Of a DNA stretch of 64,000 nucleotides, positions 18,588 through 28,300 are shown piece by piece (position 1 is the first letter of the stretch; each line of letters begins with the position of its first letter). Source of the stretch: Candidatus Hydrothermales bacterium (GTDB lineage: Bacteria > Hydrothermota > Hydrothermia > Hydrothermales > JAJRUZ01); assembly GCA_039630575.1 (NCBI GenBank), contig JBCNUW010000007.1, positions 1-64,000 on the forward strand, in the 5' to 3' direction. Below the pieces are notes generated by a model. The model did not search any database and was not told where the DNA came from. It saw only the letters and a list, made by a program, of their open reading frames with translations. Both the position numbers and the translations under genes were made by a program.

Positions 18588-20803
18588 TAAAATTTTATAA
18601 ATCTATACATTTTTTTATCAAGATTTATATAATAAACTCCAGCTTTCAAATTATTCAAATTTATTTTATTTTCGTCTCTACCATTAAGAAAACCCTCCCT
18701 TAGTCTACTTCCCATAACACTATAAATTGTATACTTTATAGGATTTTTTATGCTCTTTACCTCAAGAAAATTATGAATTAAGGATGGAACGAATAAAAAA
18801 CTAACTTCATCTCTCAGTTTTTCAGAAACTGCTGTCACTCCCATGAGATAAGCCCCTCTACCAAGTTCGTATATAACTACGTAACCATTATTTAGTGCAT
18901 GTATACCAACAGGATTATCTAGTGGAACAGAAACTGACTTTAAATTTCCATTTGGCATTACTTTGTAGTAAAGGATATATTCATTTAAAGCTGCATCAAA
19001 ATATAAGGCATATATAACTCCATCATAAGACGGCGAAAGACTTCTAAAATAAGAATTAGAATTAGGCCTTTTAATAGCTGTATCAATACGAGAATGCAAA
19101 ATATTGTAATACAAAACATGGTGTCCTGCCATATCATCAAAAAAAACATATGGTAAACCTTTTATGTAAAATAAATCACCTCCATTTGGAATATAAGCTA
19201 AATTTATAAAGGGACCGCCTCCAAAACTACCTAAAAGTGTATCACCATTTTTAAGAACAAACACAGTATCAAACTCACCAGTAGCAGATTTTATCGGCAC
19301 ATTATAACTTACAAACGAAGAACCACCATCTGTAGATTTTAAAATACCCCCATCATTCCATAAATAAAGCGTATTTACGTTAGAACCCATAAACATACCA
19401 GAATAATCAGCAAGATTTGATGAGGTATTCCTTAAAGTAAAAGTAGAACCAGCATTGTTAGAGAAAAATAAAAGCCTCTCGTTAGGAGAAACAATTACAC
19501 GTAAATTTCTGGTAAGAAGATATAAACTCCTTGCAGAAGAAATAAAATTTTCAACCAAGTTGTTACCAAAAAATATCAAATTACCCTTAAAAGGAAGCTC
19601 TGTTAATCCCTGATTAATAATATCAAAACTCCTATACACAACACCGCCCTCTGTAATTAAAAATAACGTATCTCTTCTTGAACTTACCTGCTCAGGACCA
19701 AAAAACATTATAGCTTTCAAACGATTCTTATATTTTGTCCAGTTTCTACCCCTATTTATGGTATAATAAATCCCATCATTTGAACCAACATAGAAAGTAT
19801 CGTGTAAATTTGAAGCCCTGTAGATTGGTTCAAAAAAAGTTGGAATAAAAGTTGTATCTAAAATAGAGTAACTATAATTATTCCCAATAACTCTCCTTGC
19901 TTTGAAGATACCTCTATCAACTACAGAGGAAATTAAAAAAGAATCTTGATTAAAGGGAATAACATCAGGTATAAAAGCAGGATAATACTGAAAACTCGGA
20001 ATTATTTGAACTTGTGACCAAGTAGAACCTGAATTTGTCGTGTAAAAAACTCCTGATTCTGATGTAAAAAACAGTACGTTAGGACTAACAGGTGAAAACC
20101 TTAAAGATAAACAATTCCCAGATACGTTAGATATAATACTCATAATTGAAAAACCTGCCCCCGCATTAGTTGAATAAAGGAAATAATAATTACTACCACC
20201 ATGATAGGCTAAAATAGCAATTACATTTGAATTGAAAGGATAAACATCGATAAGATATCTATATGTATCAGAAGGAATATGCAACTCAAGGTCATTGACA
20301 AAAACAAAGTTAGAACCTCCATCATATGATCTAAACAAAGAGTCACCAACTATCATATAACAAGTTTGTCCTACTGCATCTAAACCTCCTATCATTGCAT
20401 TTAGATAGATAGTATCTAAAGTAGCAAAATTATCAGAAGTTATATAATAAGATAAAGAATCCCTCAAGAGAAGAAATTTATTGTTACCTGTCATAACCCC
20501 CATTCTGCCAGGTGTAAAATAAAAACTTGAATAAGGAAGAGCAATCTCAAAGGTATCTCCAGTAAACAAATTCTCACATTTGTGGTATTCTACAAAAGAA
20601 CGAACAACAACTTTTTTAGGATTTATTTCAGAAGATATAAGATGAACGATAGTGCCACCTTGAGGTCCAATATAAGTAAGAGGATAGTTTGAATTTTTCT
20701 TTTGTCCTGTAAAAGTTTTTTCATAATTAAACTTTAGTTTTTTTTCAAAACCCTTAAAATTGAACAAATTTATATTGAAAAAGATTAAAAATAAAAATAT
20801 CAC
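18587..20803 (-). CDS. Secreted BNR/Asp-box beta-propeller protein with T9SS-type C-terminal domain
   Basis: Repeated S/T-x-D/N-x-G-x-T/S/N-W/F boxes (RSYDGGSNF, TTNSGSTW, TINRGRNW, STDGGSSF). C-terminus IYSVMGS...NLKAGVYYI...RFIKF. Start re-assigned to GTG 20803 (MIFLFLIFF), because the ORF-track start overlaps cysS. Confidence 0.8.
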   Translation of the reverse strand: MIFLFLIFFNINLFNFKGFEKKLKFNYEKTFTGQKKNSNYPLTYIGPQGGTIVHLISSEINPKKVVVRSFVEYHKCENLFTGDTFEIALPYSSFYFTPGRMGVMTGNNKFLLLRDSLSYYITSDNFATLDTIYLNAMIGGLDAVGQTCYMIVGDSLFRSYDGGSNFVFVNDLELHIPSDTYRYLIDVYPFNSNVIAILAYHGGSNYYFLYSTNAGAGFSIMSIISNVSGNCLSLRFSPVSPNVLFFTSESGVFYTTNSGSTWSQVQIIPSFQYYPAFIPDVIPFNQDSFLISSVVDRGIFKARRVIGNNYSYSILDTTFIPTFFEPIYRASNLHDTFYVGSNDGIYYTINRGRNWTKYKNRLKAIMFFGPEQVSSRRDTLFLITEGGVVYRSFDIINQGLTELPFKGNLIFFGNNLVENFISSARSLYLLTRNLRVIVSPNERLLFFSNNAGSTFTLRNTSSNLADYSGMFMGSNVNTLYLWNDGGILKSTDGGSSFVSYNVPIKSATGEFDTVFVLKNGDTLLGSFGGGPFINLAYIPNGGDLFYIKGLPYVFFDDMAGHHVLYYNILHSRIDTAIKRPNSNSYFRSLSPSYDGVIYALYFDAALNEYILYYKVMPNGNLKSVSVPLDNPVGIHALNNGYVVIYELGRGAYLMGVTAVSEKLRDEVSFLFVPSLIHNFLEVKSIKNPIKYTIYSVMGSRLREGFLNGRDENKINLNNLKAGVYYINLDKKMYRFIKF

Positions 20804-20827
20804 TTTTTTAAAATTTAGGTTAAATGT

Positions 20828-20881
20828 GGAATTGAACCTTTTTGTAATCTTTATTATAATAAAAGGGATGAAAATTTTCAA
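20828..20881. promoter_or_regulatory. Bidirectional promoter (ATTATAAT) and minus-strand T-loop-like element GG-TTCAATT-CC
   Basis: Plus strand: TTGAAC 20832-37, 17 nt, TATAAT 20855-60, 7 nt, cysS ATG. Minus strand: TTGAAA 20881-76, 17 nt, TATAAT 20858-53, then the element at 20838-28, 24 nt before GTG 20803. Confidence 0.7.
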
Positions 20882-22235
20882 CACGTTGACAAGAAAAATT
20901 GAAGAGCTAATTCCTTCTAAAGAGGGAGAAATATCTTTTTATTTCTGTGGAATGACAGTTCAAGATTCTCCACATTTAGGACACTTAAGAGCATTTCTTG
21001 CTGCTGATATTTTATTAAGATTCCTTGAATATAAGGGCTATGAAGTGAAATTTGTTTTAAACATAACAGATATTGACGACAAAATTATTCAAAAGGCTAA
21101 TAAAGAAGGAAAAGACTACAGAGAAATTGCCGAAAGATATGAGAGAGAATTCTTTGAAATGAGTGAAAAGATGAATTTAAAAAGAGCTCGTATATACCCG
21201 AGAGCAACTCAGCATATATCTGAAATTTCAGAAATAATAAAAAAATTAATGGAGAATAAACTTGCCTATAACTCTAATGGAAATATATGGTATGATGTTT
21301 CAGAATTTGAAGATTATGGAAAACTCTCAGGTAAAACAATCGAAGAACTTGAAAGTGGAGCTAGAATAGAACCTGATGTTACAAAAAAGGATCCCCTTGA
21401 TTTTTCTCTATGGAAAAAGAAAAAAGAAAATGAACCTTACTTTTATTCTCCTTTTGGAGAGGGAAGACCTGGATGGCACATTGAATGTTCTGCAATGAGC
21501 ATGAAACATCTCGGAGAAACAATAGATATACATGGGGGAGGAGAAGACCTAATATTTCCTCACCATGAAAACGAAATTGCTCAAAGCGAAGGTGCAACAG
21601 GTAAACAGTTCGTTAGATACTGGTTTCATACAGGACTTTTAAGAATGAAAGGAGAAAAGATGAGTAAATCAACTGGCATATACTTCAGAGTTCTTGATGC
21701 CTTGGAAAAATATGAACCTGATGTAATAAGATACTTTTTATTAAAAGCACACTATAAATCTCCACTTGAGTATGACGAAAACTCTTTAAATGAAGCACAG
21801 AGTGCATGGAATAGAATAAAAAATGTAATATCACGTGGAGAAATGAGAGATATTCCAAAATTTTCACCAGATATAAGGAATTACATCAAGATGTTTGAAT
21901 CCTATATGGAAGAAGATTTAAACACCCCTAAAGTTTTTTCACTTCTTCATGAACTATCAACTCTTGCTAACAAATATTTTGAGGAAAAAAATGAAAGATT
22001 CCTTGAAATAAAAAACCTGTTAATATTTCTAACAAAAATACTTGGATTTAAATTAGATATAAAAAAGATTGAATCAAAAATTTTTGAAGATCTTATACAA
22101 CTTATCATTGAAGTAAGATCAACTCTAAGAAAAGAAAATAGATTTGATCTCTCTGACAAAATAAGAGAAAGACTAAAAAGTTTAGGAATTGAACTGTTTG
22201 ATAAAAAAGAGGGAACCGATTATAGAATCATCTGA
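20868..22235 (+). CDS. cysS: Cysteine--tRNA ligase
   Basis: [46 protein letters not shown]. Start re-assigned to ATG 20868 (MKIFNTLT). Confidence 0.98.
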   Translation: MKIFNTLTRKIEELIPSKEGEISFYFCGMTVQDSPHLGHLRAFLAADILLRFLEYKGYEVKFVLNITDIDDKIIQKANKEGKDYREIAERYEREFFEMSEKMNLKRARIYPRATQHISEISEIIKKLMENKLAYNSNGNIWYDVSEFEDYGKLSGKTIEELESGARIEPDVTKKDPLDFSLWKKKKENEPYFYSPFGEGRPGWHIECSAMSMKHLGETIDIHGGGEDLIFPHHENEIAQSEGATGKQFVRYWFHTGLLRMKGEKMSKSTGIYFRVLDALEKYEPDVIRYFLLKAHYKSPLEYDENSLNEAQSAWNRIKNVISRGEMRDIPKFSPDIRNYIKMFESYMEEDLNTPKVFSLLHELSTLANKYFEEKNERFLEIKNLLIFLTKILGFKLDIKKIESKIFEDLIQLIIEVRSTLRKENRFDLSDKIRERLKSLGIELFDKKEGTDYRII

Positions 22236-23145
22236 AGTTTTCTATTTTCTCTATGGTGGACTTGGAAATTCTATTTTAGCCTATCCTGCTATCTTCGCTC
22301 TATCCGAAATTTACAAAACAAAAGTTTTTCTTCTCAGTAAATCTCAGGAAGATTTTATATTATCATCAGGTTTAAATGTAAAAACAGAGTTATCTTCTTC
22401 CTTCATTGAGGTTTTCAAAAAGCTCCATAACAAAAGAGTTTACGCATCAACCCACAGTCTTTATGCTCCCTACAAAAAACACCCCTTAATTTATCTTTTT
22501 TTAAAATCAAAAATCAGAGTAGGTTTAAAGGGGAAAAATTTTTTAAGGTTTTACAACATCACAGTTCCATTTTTAAAAAAAGAAAAGCAAGGGAACATCG
22601 AACTTATAAAACCACTTATTACGAAGATAAAAGAATTTACCCCAAAAACACATCCAAAAGAAGAAGGCTTTTTTCTTCTTTTTCCTGGTAGCTCAAAAAA
22701 ATTCGAAAATTTTAAAAGGTGGAAATTCTTTACAGAAATAGGTGAAAAATTAAAAGATAAATTTAATATACTTGCTGTTCTTGGGCCAGATGAAATTGAA
22801 CTAAAAAAAATATTCGATGAAAAGAAAATAAAAGTTTTTATTTCGCACAATTTTAAAGATCTATTTAAGGTTTTTGAAAATTCCTTTTTTTACATAGGTA
22901 ACGATACAGCCCTTACTCACCTTGCAAGTTGGTTTGGACTTAAAGGAGTAGTAATATACACCTCAACTGACCCAGAAAAAAACGAGACAATTTACCACTC
23001 TATAAAACTTACTCCCTCCCTTTTTTGTTTTCCTTGTTACAAATTTCTTAAAACTAAATGCATCAATAAAAAAAAGTATAAATGCACCTATTCAGTTGAA
23101 CCTGAAATAGTTTTAAAAACTTTAAAAGAAACTCTAAATTTTTGA
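22189..23145 (+). CDS. Glycosyltransferase family 9 (LPS heptosyltransferase-like)
   Basis: GGLGNSIL, FPGS...KRW, IGNDTALTHLA, C-terminal CFPC..C..C. Exact start uncertain. Confidence 0.85.
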   Translation: MNCLIKKREPIIESSEVFYFLYGGLGNSILAYPAIFALSEIYKTKVFLLSKSQEDFILSSGLNVKTELSSSFIEVFKKLHNKRVYASTHSLYAPYKKHPLIYLFLKSKIRVGLKGKNFLRFYNITVPFLKKEKQGNIELIKPLITKIKEFTPKTHPKEEGFFLLFPGSSKKFENFKRWKFFTEIGEKLKDKFNILAVLGPDEIELKKIFDEKKIKVFISHNFKDLFKVFENSFFYIGNDTALTHLASWFGLKGVVIYTSTDPEKNETIYHSIKLTPSLFCFPCYKFLKTKCINKKKYKCTYSVEPEIVLKTLKETLNF

Positions 23146-23175
23146 CTTAAAAAGATTACTCAATTATAATAAACT
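23142..23175 (+). promoter_or_regulatory. Near-consensus leaderless-type promoter of the PorV/C25 operon
   Basis: TTGACT 23142-47, 17 nt, TATAAT 23165-70, 5 nt, ATG 23176. Confidence 0.75.
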
Positions 23176-24012
23176 ATGTTGGTTTTACTTTTAATCTCTA
23201 TCTATGCTACAGAGTTCCTAAAAGAAATACCTGATGCAAGAGGAATTTCACTTGCTTTTTCCGATATATCAGAAAATAATCTAAACTTTTCATCCATAAA
23301 CCCTTCATCTTTACCTGATTTTGTATCTGTAAATTTTGGAACAAAAGATTTTGCCCTATTAGCAAAATATTACCTCTTTGGTTTTTCGTTGCCAATCAAA
23401 AAATTAAAAACAGGGATTTTATGGATAAGAGCTCAAGTTGATGAAGTACCTCTATATCCGGAACTTCCCGAGGGAGACACAATACCTAAAAATAAACAAG
23501 GTGAATTTTCAAATGTTGAAGAAGCTCTTCTTTTACCTTTCAAGATAAGTAATTTTCCCTTTGCCTTTCAGTTCAAATTAATAAGCAAAAGATTTAAAGA
23601 TTTAAAGGGGAAAGGTATAGGTTTTGATTTGGGTTTTAAAAGGGATTTTAATTTTAAATATTTTAAGACTTATATAGGACTCTCACTACTTGACATTTCG
23701 GAAACTAAAATTTCTTATAACAAAAATGGCATAGATAAGGAAAGAGTAAAAATTATCTCTTTTACAACATTTAAGAAAAAATTTAAACCTTTAACTCTTT
23801 CTACATCCTTTAAATTCAGATACGACGTGGAGCTTACATATTCAGCAGGATTAGAAATTAAGATAAAAGAAATTTTCTCAATACTATCAGGCTTTGAGCA
23901 GGAACCAAGATTTGGAGCAGGATTGAATTTTGAAAATTTCAGCTTATTTTATTCCCTCAGATTGCATGAACTTGGAATTATTCAAGCAGTAAGTCTTTCA
24001 ATAAAGAAATGA
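23176..24012 (+). CDS. PorV/UPF0164-like outer-membrane beta-barrel
   Basis: N-terminal FLKEIPDARGISLA...INPSSL resembles the PorV/FadL-type FL...ARALAMG...NPA pattern; GIGFDLG; C-terminal ELGIIQAVSLS. Confidence 0.65.
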   Translation: MLVLLLISIYATEFLKEIPDARGISLAFSDISENNLNFSSINPSSLPDFVSVNFGTKDFALLAKYYLFGFSLPIKKLKTGILWIRAQVDEVPLYPELPEGDTIPKNKQGEFSNVEEALLLPFKISNFPFAFQFKLISKRFKDLKGKGIGFDLGFKRDFNFKYFKTYIGLSLLDISETKISYNKNGIDKERVKIISFTTFKKKFKPLTLSTSFKFRYDVELTYSAGLEIKIKEIFSILSGFEQEPRFGAGLNFENFSLFYSLRLHELGIIQAVSLSIKK

Positions 24013-25313
24013 TATTTTTTATCTTCTTAACATTTTCACAAGATTCACTTTTATATTCACCAAATGTAAGAGGCTTCTTTTACCTTACAGAAAGTAAGAG
24101 AATTAGTATAGCTGAGAAAAAAAATTGGACTTTCATCGTTTTAACGTGCTATCCTCACTATCTTAACTCAGACATTTATTACATTTTTAGATCACCAACA
24201 ACTTCATTTACAGATACACCAATTAAAATTCTTGAAGATCCACCTGCAAGTAGACCACCTTACGATGGTTCACCTTCCCTTGTTATCGACTCTTCAAGTA
24301 ATTTTAAAATTCATATTTTTTGGAATTCAGAAAGAAGTATGAGCGGTTATCCTTTCTGGTGGCAAACTGAAATCTTTTACACCTACTCAGTTGGAACCTA
24401 TATAAATTTTCCAGCAATTGAAAATGTCTCGAAGGATACAAATTCTTTTGATTTATTCCCAAGTGCAACCTGTGACCTTTCAAACAAAATATACGTTGTT
24501 TATTGGAAAATATTCATGGATAAAGAAAGTATATATTTGGCAGAAAGAGATAACTTTGGAAACTGGCATAACAGAAAAATCACAGAAGATGAGGAAATTG
24601 CTGAAAATCCACTTATAACAACTCTTGATAACAATGATAAATTAATTTTTTACTATGAAGTTTTAAGTCAAAAACTATACGCAAGAAAATTAAAAGATAA
24701 CTATATATCTGAACCTTTTGAAATTTCTAAAGGCCATGATTATGCTGTAACTTTCAAAAATAATGAAATATACTTTTTATACATAAACAAAGACTCCTTA
24801 TATCTGAAAATTTTAGACTATAACCTCATATCGAAAAGGAAAGTACATCTTGATTTTGGACAAGGACTTTTTATTAAAAATCCATCTTTAATCTTTCTAA
24901 AAGATACTCTTTATATATTCTACGTAAAAGGCAATAACACTCACTCTGACATATTCTCAATAACCTTTAAGGGAAACATATTAAAAAAAGAAATCTTTGT
25001 AAGTTCAGTAGGTAAAAACGAAAATCCAATTCCACTTATAACCTCTGAAGGTGAATTCTTTGTGTTCTTTCAAAGTGATAGAAGAAAATATCTCGAGGAA
25101 AATATAAGGGAGTTTAATCATATATATTTCAAAAAAAGATACTTTCAAAATGTTACAAAAAAGAAAAATTACATAACTTTTCTCTTACCAAAAGATTTAG
25201 AAAAAAAAGTAATCTTTGATCTAAGTGGAAGAAAAACAAAATCAACATCAAAAAAAGGAATTTTTTTTATTAAAGATAAAAACGGAGAAACTCTAAAATG
25301 TATCTCATTTTAA
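24009..25313 (+). CDS. Exported beta-rich protein with a shortened T9SS-like C-terminal motif
   Basis: Short hydrophobic N-terminus, repeated PSL/PLI...IHIFW/IYVVY propeller-like blades, C-terminal IFDLSGRK...KGIFFIK. Confidence 0.65.
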   Translation: MIFFIFLTFSQDSLLYSPNVRGFFYLTESKRISIAEKKNWTFIVLTCYPHYLNSDIYYIFRSPTTSFTDTPIKILEDPPASRPPYDGSPSLVIDSSSNFKIHIFWNSERSMSGYPFWWQTEIFYTYSVGTYINFPAIENVSKDTNSFDLFPSATCDLSNKIYVVYWKIFMDKESIYLAERDNFGNWHNRKITEDEEIAENPLITTLDNNDKLIFYYEVLSQKLYARKLKDNYISEPFEISKGHDYAVTFKNNEIYFLYINKDSLYLKILDYNLISKRKVHLDFGQGLFIKNPSLIFLKDTLYIFYVKGNNTHSDIFSITFKGNILKKEIFVSSVGKNENPIPLITSEGEFFVFFQSDRRKYLEENIREFNHIYFKKRYFQNVTKKKNYITFLLPKDLEKKVIFDLSGRKTKSTSKKGIFFIKDKNGETLKCISF

Positions 25314-28300
25314 CTCTTTTTTTTCACATAGGTATTTTTCTGATAGATGATGAAATAAAAAATAACATAAAAATATTAAAAGAAGGCTATTTTGGACCCT
25401 ATAAAATAGCACTTGGAGAATTAAAGGGAAAATTAAACTCAAACAGAAAAGAAAGTAAAGTACTTGATTTTCATGGAAACATACTTAAAAAAATTGCTTT
25501 AAATTTTTCTCAGATAGAAAAAGCAAAAACAACAAATCTTTTAAATTTCTTAGAAAATGATACACCAATAAGTATTCCAAAAGAAGTTATACTAATTTAC
25601 ACAAAAAAGGAAGGACTTTATTCAATTAAAGGTTATATGCTTTCCTCAAGGGGTATAAGAATTGACACGATAAATGTAGATTATATTACTCTTCTTGGAA
25701 GAGAAGGAAAAATCCCTATTATTACAAAGGGATTAAAAGATGGAAAATTTGATCCTTTAGATGAAATAATTTTTTACGCAAGAAAATTAAAGGGTAATAA
25801 TTCTTATTTCGATCTTTACTCATTTGAAAATACTTATATTCTTTATTTTAACAGAAATTTAAAAATAGAACTTCCTGAAGAAAATTCTAAACCAGATGAA
25901 AGTTTAAGTGTATTTAAAAAGGGATATTTTAATTTCCATTTTGAGGAGGATATATACTTTCCAGACCTTGATCCTGCACATTCTGATACTGAAAACATTT
26001 GGTTTTGGAAATACCTAAAAGAAAACGAATTAGAAACATTAAAGGTAAGTATACCACTTGCTATTGACTCAAACAATTATAAGTTAAGATTAAACTTTGA
26101 TACAGAAGAAATAACTGGACGAGAACCTTTTCATAAAATAGAACTTAAAATAGGTGAACAATTTATCGACTCTTTCTTTTATACACAAAGAGAACCTTAT
26201 ACAATTGAAAAGGATATAAGAGGACACATTTTAAACTCTGATTCCCTGATCTTTATAAGAGAAAAATCTAAAATACCAAACTATTTAAATTACATAGAAA
26301 TAGAAGGTGAATTTTTATTAAATGCAAAAAAATTAAAAAGTTTAAAATTTACTTTAGAAGAAATTGACGGTAACATTGAAATAAGTGGATTCACTGAAAA
26401 ACCTCTATATTTTATAAACATAAATCAAAAAAATTATACAAACTTCGAAATAAAAAACTACTTAGAAGCTGGTAAAACTTATTACTCAATAAAAGCAAGA
26501 CTGAAGGAAAGCTTCTTAAGTGAGTATTACGTAACAACAGAAATCTTTAGTCCTGAATCAATTGTTCTTTACCGAATGGAGAAAGACATAAAAAGAGAAA
26601 GGGGAGCCAATTTAGTTATAATATACCATCCTGACTTTAAAGAATTTGCAGAATCCCTTGCAATATACCGTTCCTCTCCTAAAGGAGGTTCCTTTAATGT
26701 TAAAACTTTCTCAATCAAAGACATTTATGTTCAGTTTAATTATGGGACAAAAAGTCCACATTCCATAAGAAAATTTTTAAAATACTTTTTCATTAAAAAG
26801 GAACCAAAATTAAACTATCTAATTTTGGTAGGTGATGCAAGCAAAGATCCAAGAAACATATTTAAAAACAGTATAGAGGATAAAATTCCCACATTTTTAT
26901 TTCCCTCAACCTTCAGACAATTTGAAACACAGGCAATATTTACAGGATTCTTTTCCTCAGACTTTTACTATTCAAACATAATTGGAAATGATCCCTTTCC
27001 TGACATTGTAGTCTCGAGAATACCACTTCAAAGTAAAAATGAAGCAAGAATTTATTTCAGAAAGATAAAGGAATATTCAGAGGAAACTTTCGGAGTATGG
27101 AGGAGACATTTTATTTTGGGAACAGAAAGAAAAACCGGACATCTTTCCGATGTATACACTCAAATAAATAACTTACTAAAATCTATGATGAAAAAAGGGA
27201 TGACTTACGTTGAACCAGATGAGAATGAAACACCCGAAAACCTTATATCTTATCTATCAGATGGATGTGCTATCTTTAACTTCATTGGTCACGGTGGACT
27301 TCACTCAATATGGGGAAAAGCAGCTTTTAGACAGGAAGATCTTTGGGAAACCAGAAACTATAAAAAGTACTACTTTTTTACAGCCCTTTCATGTTGGACC
27401 GGTGAATTTGGAATGGTTGATTCAAGAGGATTTGGAGAGGAAGTGCTTTTAATTCCTGACAGAGGAGCAATAGCCTCAATCTCCCTCTCAGGAAGTGGAA
27501 AAGTTCCAGGAAATGTAAATTTTGATATAAGTAGTGACTATACAAAATCTATTTTTATAGGATACTTAAGAGATAGTATAAACAGAATTGGTGACCTTGT
27601 ACTTTATTCAAGGATGTATATCCTTTCAAGATATACCACTTTAGATGAATTCACAGAAACAACTCTAAAAACATCAAATCTTTTAGGTGATCCCCTAATT
27701 CTATTACCTGAACTGCATGAAGTCAAACTGAAATCAAATAAAAATTATTATAGTCCATCTGAAAGTGCGACAGTTTACGTACAAAATCCAGAGGTAATAT
27801 CCGGAATTTCAACTTGGGAAGTTATATACCAAAATCTAAATGACGATATTATTCATAAGGATCTATACACAAATTTTTTTGAAAATTCAAATGTTAAGAT
27901 AAAGTTCAAAATACCTGATAATATAACAAGAGCAAAAGTCACTGTTAATCTTTATGCCTATGATATTAATTTAAAAAAGGAAATTATATCAAATCATAAA
28001 TTCAGTATTAATTTGCTTAATATTGATGAAATAAACTTTAAACCTGATATCTATTCCGATGATACCTTTAGAGTCTATTCTGTTTTAAGCGCACCCTATT
28101 CGCTTAAAAACTGCGAGTTATGGTACACCTTTAACGATACAACTGTTCCTTATAACTTAACAAGAGTGAATATGGTTAAGATAGGACCTAACAGCTTTAA
28201 AACCGATATTACTTTACCTCCATTTAATTACGAACCAGGTAAAAGATACTTTCATTATGCTCTTATAGCCGTAGATACATTTTTTAATAGCCATTTTTCC

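Noticed and set aside
20760..20884. Apparent head-to-head overlap of cysS and the BNR protein ORFs
   Set aside because: Artefact of longest-ORF starts. Re-assigned starts (20868 and 20803) leave a normal divergent promoter gap.
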